Below, one piece after another: positions 23,442-34,047 of a stretch of 64,000 nucleotides of DNA. Under the pieces are notes generated by a model. The model saw only the letters and a program-made list of their open reading frames with translations, was not told the origin of the DNA and made no database searches. The stretch covers positions 92,391 to 156,390 of the forward strand of contig CAVPLM010000014.1 of assembly GCA_963706025.1 (NCBI GenBank), written 5' to 3'. The position numbers and the translations under genes are program-made. The first letter of the stretch is position 1, and every line of letters starts with the position of its first letter. This DNA is from an uncultured Actinomycetes bacterium. GTDB lineage: Bacteria; Actinomycetota; Thermoleophilia; RBG-16-64-13.

Positions 23442-24441
23442 TTGTCAGCACGAACGGCATCTCGCGCACGGACAGCGCCGTGACCCGACTTCCTGCGAGC
23501 ATGGGGCCGCCGCCTCCCATCCCGCCCTACCTGCACGAGACGGAGTTCAGCGTCATCACGGTGGGCAGCGGATCGCCGGAGCTCAACCCCGAGCCGGGCC
23601 GGCGCCTGCACCGTCGTTCAGTACAGGGGCAAGTACTACGTCGTCGACGCCGGCAATGGTTCGGCACTGAGCTTCATCAAAGGTGGTCGCCACGGCTCCT
23701 ACCGCCCAGGGATATCGCCGCCGTCCTTTTCACGCACCTCCACCAGGACCACGTGAACGACTACTTCGACCTGGTGACGACCAGGTGGAGTGAGGGCGGC
23801 AAGCGCCTTGACCTGATAGGGCCACCCGGGAGCCGGAGAGCTCCACGGCTTCCTCATACTTTTTTCAGGGACGACCTGGTCTACCGCTGGCTGGGCGCGG
23901 CCGGCAGGCATCGACGGTGAGGGGATGTTTACGGGGGTAGACGTGCGAGAGCTCACGGGATCGAACGAGTTCGAGCTGGGAGGGATGAGGGTAACGACCG
24001 CCGAGATGACCCACTCCATGTACGACCTGGGGTATCGCTTCGACGTCGAGAAGCGAGTCGGTGGTGGTGTCGGGAGACACTGCCTTCGACCGCCGCTTGA
24101 TCGCGCTGCCGAAGGGGCGGATGTCCTGGTGATCGACGCCAACCCTTGGGCGCGATGGGACCAGGCCACCACCGCCGCGCAAGCTCTCTGGCCGAGTTGC
24201 CGGCGGAGTACCAGGTACGGGTGCCATACCGGGGCGATCCCGAAGCGCCGAACCACATGTCCTTGCCCGAGGTGGTGCGGATGGCGGCGGAGGCGGAGGT
24301 CAAGCACGGTGGTGTTGACCCATCTGTGGCCGCTGCCGGTGGACGCAGGCGCTGGTGGAGCGGACAGAGGCAGCGTTTGTCACCGGAGGCTTCCAGGGGC
24401 GGGTGGTCTTTGCCGAAGACGGTCTGGAGGTAGCGGCTTGA
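23442..24441 (+). CDS. Metallo-beta-lactamase fold hydrolase, RNase Z/arylsulfatase-like (frameshifted)
   Basis: VITVGSGSP, FTHLHQDH and VVLTHL. Confidence 0.8.
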
Positions 24442-24489
24442 TACCCGACTGGTGCCAAATACGGTGACATGAACGAGGAGGCTCGATAG

Positions 24490-25723
24490 ATGAGAAGGTA
24501 TATCGCCCGCTTCGTAGTCGACACCCACTGTCACATCACCACCCTCTACCAACCGGGAACGGACGCCGGGTGGGAGAAGGTGGAGAACGAAGAGTGGACC
24601 GGACTTGAGGCCGAACTGGCTCCGTTCGACAACTGCTTCCTGACCATGTACGACATGGACCGTACGGCGTCGACATGGCGGTCCTCTTGCCCAGCATCCC
24701 GGGGACGCTCGAACGAGACTCAGGCGAAGCTGGTCAAGCGATTCCCCGACAGGTTCCGGGCTTGCTGCAGCGACCAGAAGACCATCCTCAACGCGGTGCG
24801 AGGGCAAGGCGCCCTGGAGCTTCGAAGGCGGCGCTTGCACGAAGTGGAGGAGGCACTCAAGACGGGCTGGTTCGTAGGCATCGGCGAGTTCGCCCCGGGC
24901 TCGTACGCCCGGAACCTGCAGGTTCCCGGGGCCGAGGGCAAGGTCAGCTTCGAGCAGCGGGTGGAAGAGTGGGCGGCCCTCTGCGAGCTGGGGGTCAAGT
25001 ACGACGTCCCGGTCCTTTGCCACGACCAGTTCATCTGGCACCGGGAAGGCAGCTGGACGCTGACCCAGCTACTGGCCAAGGTGTCGGAGATGAACCCCAA
25101 GGCCAAGATCATGCAGACGCACGGCTGCGTCGAGGACGAGTGGACCCGGGGCCTGGACGCCATCAGGGAGATGTACACAGTGGTCGCCGGACTCGCCAAC
25201 GTCTACATGGAGACCGGAGGCTGGTGCGAGAAGCAGTTCGAGGTGGCCTTCGAAGTCGGGGTCACCGCCGACCACCTGATGTGGGGACACGACTACGGCA
25301 ACGTGCCCCAGCACATCGTGCGCCGGGGCGTGGAGAAGTACGGGCCCAAACCCAAAGCCCTCGAGTATCGCAATCACCATGTCGCTCATGATGTTCGGCT
25401 ACAAGGACTGGCCGGCGGTGCCCACCTATCAGCCCGACTTCTACGGCTGGGGCCTGCGCACCGTCGACCGGGTGGGCGACTGGCTCACGCAGGACGAGAT
25501 CAACCTGATCATGGGCGGCACCGCCGCCAAGCTGTACAAGCTGCCGGTGCCCTACTCGCGGATGTTCCCCGAGGGCCGCCCGGACATCTTCGGCGACAGG
25601 GCGGCGGAAAGCGTGCCCTTCATCCCGCGGGAGCAGATCCAGCATCCCGATCCGGAAGGTCTGAGAATGTCGACGAACCCCTGCAAAATACCGCTGGGCC
25701 ACATAACACCAAGCCGCCCGTAG
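24490..25723 (+). CDS. Amidohydrolase_2 family protein, paralog of 11301-12393 (frameshifted)
   Basis: DTHCHITTLY, GIGEF, NVYMETG, WGHDYG and DEINLIMGG. Confidence 0.82.
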
Positions 25724-25820
25724 GCGGCTGGTAGAAAGAAACAGAAGCGAGGGCGGATGTCGGCTTCGAACGTTGATCTAGACCACAGCTACCCGGTCGG
25801 GACCAGGGGGCATGAGACGG

Positions 25821-26096
25821 CTAGCGCATGCGCATCGCCTCGAGGAACGTCGGCGAGATCTCATAGCCTGCACGGTCACCGACTATCAGAGAGTCGCCGC
25901 AATGAGGGCAGATTGCGGTCCGGTCGACATCGCCTTCAGGATGATCCCGGTCGACTTCGTCGGTCCACTCCTTGATCTCCGCAGGGACAAAGGTGGAGAG
26001 ACAGTTGAGGCAGCCGCATGTGTTGCTGGCCAGCACCTCTTCGCGGTTGTGCTTGGTGTGCTTGCTCACTTCCTCACGGTCGGCCCTTCGAAACAT
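25821..26096 (-). CDS. Small Cys-rich hypothetical protein
   Basis: RBS AGGAGG; CGCLNC...AICPHCG. Confidence 0.7.
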   Translation of the reverse strand: MFRRADREEVSKHTKHNREEVLASNTCGCLNCLSTFVPAEIKEWTDEVDRDHPEGDVDRTAICPHCGDSLIVGDRAGYEISPTFLEAMRMR

Positions 26097-26156
26097 GTCG
26101 GCACCTCCTAACGCGCGCGACGCTTGCACGCGTCAAACAATACTTGTATGATGGTT

Positions 26157-26194
26157 GTATCGTCAAGTGCAACGGGCGTATTATCAAATGATAC
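26157..26194. promoter_or_regulatory. Tandem 17-bp operator boxes, same motif as 11241-11278
   Basis: GTATCGTCAAGTGCAAC and GTATTATCAAATGATAC with starts 21 bp apart in an AT-rich divergent intergenic region. Confidence 0.6.
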
Positions 26195-26246
26195 ACATGG
26201 TTGAGTGTTTGCAGGTGCGAGTCCGTCGATCATTGCAGCTCGGGTG

Positions 26247-28785
26247 ATGAATACTAAGGCTCAGGTAGACACGGAGTGTTCCGAGCTTACGCCCGGCTCG
26301 GGGCCCGCCGCAGAGGTAGTATTCGTTGATGGCAGGAACGTCGCCGGCCCCTGGGACGGCCGGTCATGGGGAACGGCCCATCGGACCGTGCAGGAAGGGC
26401 TGGACGAGGCGACCAGGCGCATCGCAGCAGCGCAGGAGCGCTACCGACTCGGCTAGACCCGGAGAGGTTCTGAGTGCCGAGGTGTGGGTAGCTGCGGGTG
26501 TCTACAGACCTACCGACAGAGGCGACAGGACCGCCACCATCCGTTTGCACACAGGGGTCGGGCTGTACGGCGGCTTCACCGGGATGGAGACCGAGCGTGA
26601 CCAGCGGGACTGGAAAAGCAACGAGACCATCCTGAGCGGGGCCATCTCCGATGACCCCAAAGACCACTCGTACCATGTGGTGATCGGCGCCGACGATGCG
26701 GTCATCGACGGCTTCACTATCCGCGACGGCTACAACCTGCCCGAGGGACGCCCGCCCGCATCACATGAACCCCGGCCTGCTGCTCGAATCACGTGGTCGG
26801 GGCACCGGTGCGGGGATCCTCAACTTCCAATGCGCTCCGACGGTGCGTAACTGCCTGATATGCGACAACGTCGCTGCCAAGGGTGACGGCATGTACAGCA
26901 TGGTCACCCGCGATTGGCCGGCGACGGGGGTGGAGAAAGCGCCCCTCGTGGAGAACTGCATCTTCGCCCGGAATCTCGCGGAAGGCAGGGGCGGGGCCGT
27001 TTCGAACGATCTGGAGACCCATCCTACTTTCGTCTCCTGCGCCTTCGTGGAGAACCGGTGCAACGGTAAGGGTGGCGGCATGTACAACGACTTCGACTGC
27101 TCACCCTCGCTCGTCAACTGTCTGTTTGCCCGAAACGAAGCCATGAAGGGCGGCGGTATGGCCAACGACGGGCGCTCCAATCCCACCTTACAAACTGTAC
27201 GTTTGCCCGGAACAATGCGCTGGACATGTACGGCGCGCTGTATAGCGGTACGGGTCCTACGAATGTCCCCAACGTGCCGGTTGTCACCAACTGCATATTC
27301 TGGGGCAACACGGCCCATAGTGGGCCCAAAGAGATCGGCAATTGGCACGACTGCCGCACGGTCGTCTCGTACTCGTGCGTCGAAGGGGGGTACGCGGGCG
27401 AGGGCAACATCGACGCCGACCCGCGCTTTATCGACCCTGACGGGGGCGACTTCCGCCTGGGACCGGGATCTCCCTGCATCGACTCGGGCCACGGTGGTTT
27501 CGCACCTCCAGCCGACCACGACGGCAACCCCCGCTACGATGACCGAGGCAGCCCCACCGGCCCGATGGCAAGGGTCCCTTTCATCGCCCCCGGTGCTCAC
27601 CTGCCTGAGCCGTCCTTGGAAGCTCGGTTCCAGGCACCCGTGGACATGGGTGCCTTCGAACGACAGATCGATTCGGTGCGCGCCGGCGCTGAAGCGGAGG
27701 CCCCGCGGGGTGGGTCCGACCGGGTCGTCTACGTCAGCAGAGACAACATCGAGGGTCCGTGGGACGGGAGGTCCTGGGACACCGCGTACTCAGATCTACA
27801 GGAAGCGCTTGCCGACGCCTATCTGGGGGCGACCGAAGTGTGGGTGGCTGCTGGGATCTACCGGCCGGCCGAAGGCCATGACCGCACGGCCTCTTTCCGG
27901 CTCAAGGGAGGACTGGCCCTCTACGGCGGTTTTCGGGGAACCGAGACAGCTCGGGAACAGAGGAACTGGGCGGCAAACCGCACGGTGCTCTCCGGCGATC
28001 TCGGCAGCCCGCTGGGAAGGGGCGGCAATTCCTACCACGTGGTGATAGGGGCCGACGGGGCTTTCCTGGATGGCTTTGTGATCACCGGTGGAGAAGCCGA
28101 CGGCGAGGGCATCCATTCCCACGGAGGGGGGATGCTCAACTACAACGCCTGCTCGCCGGCCGTCTCCAACTGCCTTTTCACCGAGAACTACGCCGGGGAA
28201 GGCGGCGCCATGTACAACTACAACCTTTCCTCCCCGGCTGTCACCGACTGCGAGTTCAGTGGCAACGAGGCGGCGAAGGGCGGGGCAATGGTGAACCGGG
28301 TTGGGGCCTCCCCAACCGTGGACCATTGCTCGTTCATCGGCAACCGGGCTGAGTGGCGGGGCGGCGCGATGCTTATCGACTACGGCTCGGGCCCGAGGGT
28401 CTCCGCTGGCGTCTTTGAGGGGAACCACTGTGGTGGCCACGGGGGCGGGGTCTTCCTGGAGAGCGTAGCAGCGCAACTCGGTATTGTCGGCACGCATTTC
28501 GACGGCTGTTCCTTCGTGACGAACTCAGCGGTGCTCCGAGGAGGAGCTCTGGCCTGCGCCGACGCGAGCAACCCGACCATCACCCGCTGCAGCTTCGAGG
28601 GCAACAGAGCTGGGAGCGGGGGAGGGGCCATCTCTAACGACTACTTCGTCACCTCAAAGGTTCAGGACTGCACGTTCGTAGGTAATATCGGCGGTGACGG
28701 ACGTGCCGACGTCGATACCGACCCAACGTCCACGGTGATCGGCTGGGGTGACGTGCTGCCGGACGGTGTTCTCGGAGGTTCTTGA
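26247..28785 (+). CDS. Right-handed parallel beta-helix protein with an internal duplication (frameshifted)
   Basis: Two modules GPWDGRSW.TA...EVWVAAG.Y.P...LYGGF.G.ET; repeated F..N.A..GGA; GNIDADPRF and DMGAFE. Confidence 0.8.
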
Positions 28786-29632
28786 TGGCCAAGGGCAGCG
28801 ACACGACAAGCGGAATGCCGGAGAGTCCCAGCCGAAACGGCGGGCTCACGGAGCGCGGTAGCGACGACGTTTTCCAAGTCCGGGCTCTTTCGCGCGGACT
28901 GCGCATACTCGCGCTCTTTACATTGGATAATCCTGAGTGGAGCCTGAGCGACTTGACTCGGCGAACCGGTCTTCACAAGGCCACCACTTACCGTATGACG
29001 AGGACCATGGAGGCCGAAGGATTCCTGGTGTTCGATGCGCACCTCGGGAAGTACCATCTAGGTCCGGCCACGATCCCTCTGAGCTTCCTGGCCTCGTCGC
29101 AATCGGAGCTGCTCCGGCTGGCTCGTCCCTATCTCGAGGAGTTGGCGGAGTTGACAGGCGAGACCAGCAATCTGGCCGTGGAGGTGGAAGGCAGTATCGT
29201 AGTAATTGGGCAAGTGCTCACTTCGCATCCATTCAAGCCCACACTGCCTTTGGGACGGGTGCTCAATGATCTCGCCAATGCTCATGGAAAGCTCTTCGCG
29301 GCCTTCAAGCCCGAAGCCGAGAGAGCCCGGATCCTTTCTCTACCTCAAGTGAAGCTCACCCCCAAAACGGTCACCGACCCGGTTGAGATTGCGGCTCAAC
29401 TGACCCAGGTCGCTACAGATGGGGTGGCCTTCGATCTCGAGGAGCACGGCCTCGGTATCTATGCTGTGGCCGCGCCCGTGCGAAACCAGAGCGGCGACGT
29501 AAAGGCCACCCTCTCGGTGGTCGCGCCCAAGGAGAGATTCGGCGCCTCAGGAGAAGAAGAAGTATGTCCAGGCTGTGAAGACGCGTGGCGGCGTCGTTCT
29601 CCGCCTACCTGGGCTATCCTGGCGGCAAATGA
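28785..29632 (+). CDS. IclR family transcriptional regulator (3' frameshift)
   Basis: RALSRGLRIL, GLHKATTYR, LTGET, AHGK and EEHGLGIYAVAAPV. Confidence 0.92.
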
Positions 29633-29722
29633 GGCCACTTCTGGGTCGCCGAGTCTTGTGGGTTTGTCCCTGAGTCTCCGGAGACGATGGTACTCTGACT
29701 GCATATCAGAGAGGGGATGCAT

Positions 29723-30292
29723 ATGGACCAGGATGACGTTTCGATCCTCGGCATCGCCGGCAGCCTGCGCCAGGCTTCTTACAACCGGGGGCTGTTGCGG
29801 GCGGCGGCGGAAGTGCTGCCTCCTGGAGTGAGCCTCGATATCCTCACGCTTGACGACATCCCGTTGTTCAGCGCCGACGTCATGGCCGGGGGCGACCCAC
29901 CGTCTGTCCATGAACTGAAGGAGCGCATTCGTGCGGCCGACGCCCTGCTCATCGCCACTCCGGAGTACAACTACTCCATACCGGGGGTGCTGAAGAACGC
30001 CGTGGACTGGGCTTCGCGACCCTCGAAGAACAGCGTCCTTCGCGGCAAGCCTATCGGGATCATGGGGGCGTCGGGCGGAGACAGCGGGACCATCCGCTCC
30101 CAGATGGCGCTGCGCCAGGTGTTCATCCAGACGAACTCGCTCGTCATGGTGCAGCCGGAGTTACGGGTTGCCCAAGCGGGGGCGAAGTTCGATGCCGCTG
30201 GCAACCTCGTGGACGCGGAGCTGCGCGAGCGGCTCCGCGCCTTCGTGGCGGCTCTGGTGGACTGGGCGCGGCTGGTGGGCAGCCGGGCCTGA
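29723..30292 (+). CDS. NADPH-dependent FMN reductase
   Basis: GSLRQASYN and TPEYNYSIPGVLKNAVDWASR. Confidence 0.93.
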   Translation: MDQDDVSILGIAGSLRQASYNRGLLRAAAEVLPPGVSLDILTLDDIPLFSADVMAGGDPPSVHELKERIRAADALLIATPEYNYSIPGVLKNAVDWASRPSKNSVLRGKPIGIMGASGGDSGTIRSQMALRQVFIQTNSLVMVQPELRVAQAGAKFDAAGNLVDAELRERLRAFVAALVDWARLVGSRA

Positions 30293-30494
30293 GCCCCGCG
30301 CCGGCGAGACGTCGGGGCGTTCCGCCGCCGGTCTGGGTGCCTGTGCATGCCGAGCGCCGGGTCCCGCCGCGTGCCCGGGCTCCGACCGGCTACGCCCGGC
30401 TCGCATCCGGGGCGCCCCGCGGCCTGCCCCATGGACCATCCTCGCCGACGCGTAGTATGCTTCTTGGAGTCGCGCGCCAAGCAAAGGAGGTCCC

Positions 30495-31538
30495 ATGAAC
30501 GTCGCTATCCTCACCGGGGGTGGGGACTGCCCGGGCTTGAATGCAGTCATCCGAGCCATCGTCCGCAAAGGCATAGGTGACTACGGCTGGGAGCTCACCG
30601 GTGTCCGCATGGGCTGGCGAGGGCTCCTGGAGAAGGACACCTGTCCCCTCGATCTGGAAGCGGTGAGCGGCATCCTCCACGTGGGCGGCACCATCCTCGG
30701 CACCTCTCGCACCAACCCCTCAAAGGTCGAGGGAGGCCCGGAGACGGTGGTCAAGAACCTGGCCGAGCTGGGCATCGATGCCCTCATCGCCATCGGCGGC
30801 GACGACACCCTGAGCGTGGCGAAGCGTCTTCACGAAGATCTGGGCGTCCATGTGATCGGCGTGCCCAAGACCATCGACAACGATCTCTCCGGCACCGACT
30901 ACACCTTCGGTTTCGATACCGCCGTCTCCATTGCCACCGATGCCATCGACCGTCTGCACACGACGGCCGCGTCTCATCACCGGGTCATGGTGGTGGAGGT
31001 CATGGGCCGCCACGCCGGCTGGATAGCCCTCATGAGCGGCATTGCCGGAGGAGCCGATGTCATCCTCCTCCCCGAGTTCCCGATGACGGTGGAAGACGTG
31101 TGTGACCTGATCGAGTCCCGGGCCGCCCGGGGCAAGCCTTTCAGTGTGGTCTGCGTCAGCGAAGGGGCCAAGATCCTGTGGAGGTCGGGCGAGCAGAAAG
31201 AGGTCCTGGCCTCCGATGAGGTCGATGCCTTCGGCCACGTGAAGCTGGGAGGAGTAGGGAGCGTCCTCGCTCGCGAAATCAAGCGCCTCACCGGGCGGGA
31301 AGTGCGGGAGACCACCCTGGGCTACATCCAACGGGGCGGATCCCCGACCGCTCACGACCGCATCCTCGGCACGCGCTTCGGGTTCAAGGCCGCTCAGATG
31401 GTCGCCGCCGGCCAGTGGGGCATGATGGCCGGGCTCAAAGGTGATGAGATCGTGTCGGTGCCCCTCGCGGAGGCCGTCTCCGCCTGGAAGCTGGTCCCCG
31501 AAGACATGTGGGAGCTGGCCCGGGTCTTCTTCGGCTAG
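30495..31538 (+). CDS. pfkA: 6-phosphofructokinase (group III, probably PPi-dependent)
   Basis: TGGGDCPGLN, GGTILGTSR, GGDD, PKTIDND and EVMGRHAG. Confidence 0.93.
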   Translation: MNVAILTGGGDCPGLNAVIRAIVRKGIGDYGWELTGVRMGWRGLLEKDTCPLDLEAVSGILHVGGTILGTSRTNPSKVEGGPETVVKNLAELGIDALIAIGGDDTLSVAKRLHEDLGVHVIGVPKTIDNDLSGTDYTFGFDTAVSIATDAIDRLHTTAASHHRVMVVEVMGRHAGWIALMSGIAGGADVILLPEFPMTVEDVCDLIESRAARGKPFSVVCVSEGAKILWRSGEQKEVLASDEVDAFGHVKLGGVGSVLAREIKRLTGREVRETTLGYIQRGGSPTAHDRILGTRFGFKAAQMVAAGQWGMMAGLKGDEIVSVPLAEAVSAWKLVPEDMWELARVFFG

Positions 31539-31613
31539 GGGCAGGCGTCCCGACGACAGGGGAACGGCCGGCTGCGACAACCGCCCAGAAGACGATGAGG
31601 GCGGAGGTGGTCG

Positions 31614-32327
31614 TCATTCTTGTGGTCTATCGAGCTCGATGCCCGCAGCGCCCTGCTTGTCGCGAGGCCTGTTCTTCATCGCGCTCCAGATCTGTTTTGC
31701 TCCGGAAAGCACGGCCAAAGCCAGGGCTAACCAGAGCAGGTAGACGGAGATGGTCTCCAGAGTCTCCAGTTCGAGGAAGCTGGCGACGAGGAACAACAGC
31801 AATGCCAGGCTCTGTACCACCATCTTGGTCTTGCCGATGTAATTGGCCCCCCGCGCCTTGCCGGTCCGGACGTAGACGCCGACTCCGATCGCGCTCATCA
31901 CCAATTCGAGGATGACGAAGACCACCATGATCCGGACCACCAGGTACTCCCAGCCGACCCAGGCCAGCACCCCCCCGATGAGCAGCTTGTCGGCTATGGG
32001 GTCGATGTAGGTGCCCAATTGCGTGATCTGATCGCGGGTGCGGGCCATCGCCCCGTCGATGAAGTCGGTGCAGATCGCCAGGACGAACACGCCGAGGGCC
32101 CACCAGCGATGGTCGTAGTAGAGGAGGACCAGGATCACCGGGATGAGGATGAACCTGGCTACGGTGACCTGGTTGGGGCGCACCGACCGAGGAAAGAGCC
32201 TCAGCCACGTTTTCTCGACCAGTCTGTCGGTGAACTGCTGAAAGGCGGGGGTCGGCGCTCCCTGGACGGGAATTCCGGCCCCCTTGGAGCCGTCGTCGAG
32301 TTCCGAGTGGTCTACCGCTTCGTGCAT
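31614..32327 (-). CDS. CDP-alcohol phosphatidyltransferase (PgsA-like)
   Basis: PNQVT and TDFIDGAMAR...GTYIDPIADK. Confidence 0.9.
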   Translation of the reverse strand: MHEAVDHSELDDGSKGAGIPVQGAPTPAFQQFTDRLVEKTWLRLFPRSVRPNQVTVARFILIPVILVLLYYDHRWWALGVFVLAICTDFIDGAMARTRDQITQLGTYIDPIADKLLIGGVLAWVGWEYLVVRIMVVFVILELVMSAIGVGVYVRTGKARGANYIGKTKMVVQSLALLLFLVASFLELETLETISVYLLWLALALAVLSGAKQIWSAMKNRPRDKQGAAGIELDRPQE

Positions 32328-32478
32328 GCTGGCATCCTACTGCCCGAAATAGAATCTGTCGACCGGCGTGGGGGTGGCGTAGGCATGCCGCGGGTCACTC
32401 AGTGCGCCGGGCCCCCGGGGGCCCTGTGTTAATATGGCCCGCGGCAAATGAATACTTATACAGCTCCGGGAGCAACAC

Positions 32479-33936
32479 ATGAAGACACCTGATCTCAGCC
32501 TCTCCGACCTCGGTTCGTATTTCCCCGACGACTTCACTCCCGAGCAGCGGGCGAAGGCGCAGACCGTGTTCCTCAAAGAGCTCGCGGCCAGCGCCCACAA
32601 GTTCTACCGGGGCAAGATGGTCAGCATGCCCAAAGCGGGCATCTACGGCTTCAACTGGTTCAACGTCTACTACACGCCCGGCGTCTCCATGGTCTCCACG
32701 TCCATCCGCGACGACAACGACGCCTCGTTCGATCTCAGCAACCGGGGCAATCTGGTGGCCGTGGTCAGCGACTCGACCCGGGTGCTCGGTGACGGCGACG
32801 TTACCCCTCCCGGAGGCCTGGGGGTGATGGAGGGCAAGGCCTTCCTCATGAAGTACCTAGGCGGCGTGGACGGCGTGGCGCTTTGCATCAACAGCTACAA
32901 CAAAGAGGGCAAGCACGATCCCGACAAGATCATCGATTTTGTAAGAATGCTCGAGCCCAGTTTCGGTGCCGTCAACCTGGAGGACATCTCCCAGCCCAAC
33001 TGCTTCAAGGTGCTGGATACCTTGCGCGAGGAGTGCGACATCCCCGTGTGGCACGATGACGCCCAGGGCACGGCCAGCGTGACCTTGGCCGGGCTCATCA
33101 ACGCCCTGCGGGTGGTCGGCAAGGAGCTCAAGGAAGCCAAGATCGTCCTCCTGGGCGCCGGCGCCGCCAACAGCACGGCGGCGCGACTGCTCCTGGCCGA
33201 CGGAGTCGATCCGGACAGGATGATCGTCTTCGACAGCAAGGGCGGTCTGCACAAGGGCCGCGACGACGTCAAGGCCGACACCGCCTTCTACCGCAAATGG
33301 GAGATCTGCGAGGCCACCAACCCGAAGCGCATCGACACCGAGGAGGAAGCGCTCAAGGGCGCCGACGTCATCATCGCTGCTTCCAAGCCGGGTCCCGGCA
33401 CTATCAAGCCCGAGTGGATCAGCTCCATGGGTCCCAAGTCGATCGTGTTCGCCTGCGCCAACCCGGTACCGGAGATCTATCCCTACGCCGCCAAGGAAGC
33501 GGGTGCCTACGTGGTGGCGACCGGACGGGGCGACTTCCCCAACCAGGTGAACAACTCCATCGGCTTCCCGGGCATACTCAAGGGCGCCCTCATGGTGCGG
33601 GCCCGCAAGATCACCGACGAGATGGCCATCGCCGCCGCCCATTCGGTCGCCGACTTCGCCGACAAGAAGAAGGGCATCAACCCCGACTACATCATGCCCA
33701 CCATGCAGGAGACGGAGGTCTTCGCTATGGAAGCGGCCGATGTGGCCATGCAGGCCATCAAGGATGGGGTGGCCCGCATCGAGCTGTCGTGGGACGAGGT
33801 CTACAAGACCACCCTGGCCGACATCAACGAGACCCGATCGATCATCGACCTGCTGCAGAAGAACGAGTTCATCAAAGCCCCCGACCTGAAGATGCTGGAA
33901 GAGGCGCGCGACAAGGCGGTCGCCGCGGTCAGCTGA
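32479..33936 (+). CDS. NAD(P)-dependent malic enzyme
   Basis: YTPGV, VMEGKA, NLEDI, WHDDAQGT, GAGAA and NQVNN. Confidence 0.93.
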   Translation: MKTPDLSLSDLGSYFPDDFTPEQRAKAQTVFLKELAASAHKFYRGKMVSMPKAGIYGFNWFNVYYTPGVSMVSTSIRDDNDASFDLSNRGNLVAVVSDSTRVLGDGDVTPPGGLGVMEGKAFLMKYLGGVDGVALCINSYNKEGKHDPDKIIDFVRMLEPSFGAVNLEDISQPNCFKVLDTLREECDIPVWHDDAQGTASVTLAGLINALRVVGKELKEAKIVLLGAGAANSTAARLLLADGVDPDRMIVFDSKGGLHKGRDDVKADTAFYRKWEICEATNPKRIDTEEEALKGADVIIAASKPGPGTIKPEWISSMGPKSIVFACANPVPEIYPYAAKEAGAYVVATGRGDFPNQVNNSIGFPGILKGALMVRARKITDEMAIAAAHSVADFADKKKGINPDYIMPTMQETEVFAMEAADVAMQAIKDGVARIELSWDEVYKTTLADINETRSIIDLLQKNEFIKAPDLKMLEEARDKAVAAVS

Positions 33937-34047
33937 TAAGTCACTCGGGGTGCCCCGCAGGTCGCCGAGGCCGTGCGCGCCCGGCGGTGCAGCTACGCTC
34001 GCCGTTCGCCGGCGCCGCTCGATCTGCTTGGAGATGGGGAAGTGCAG

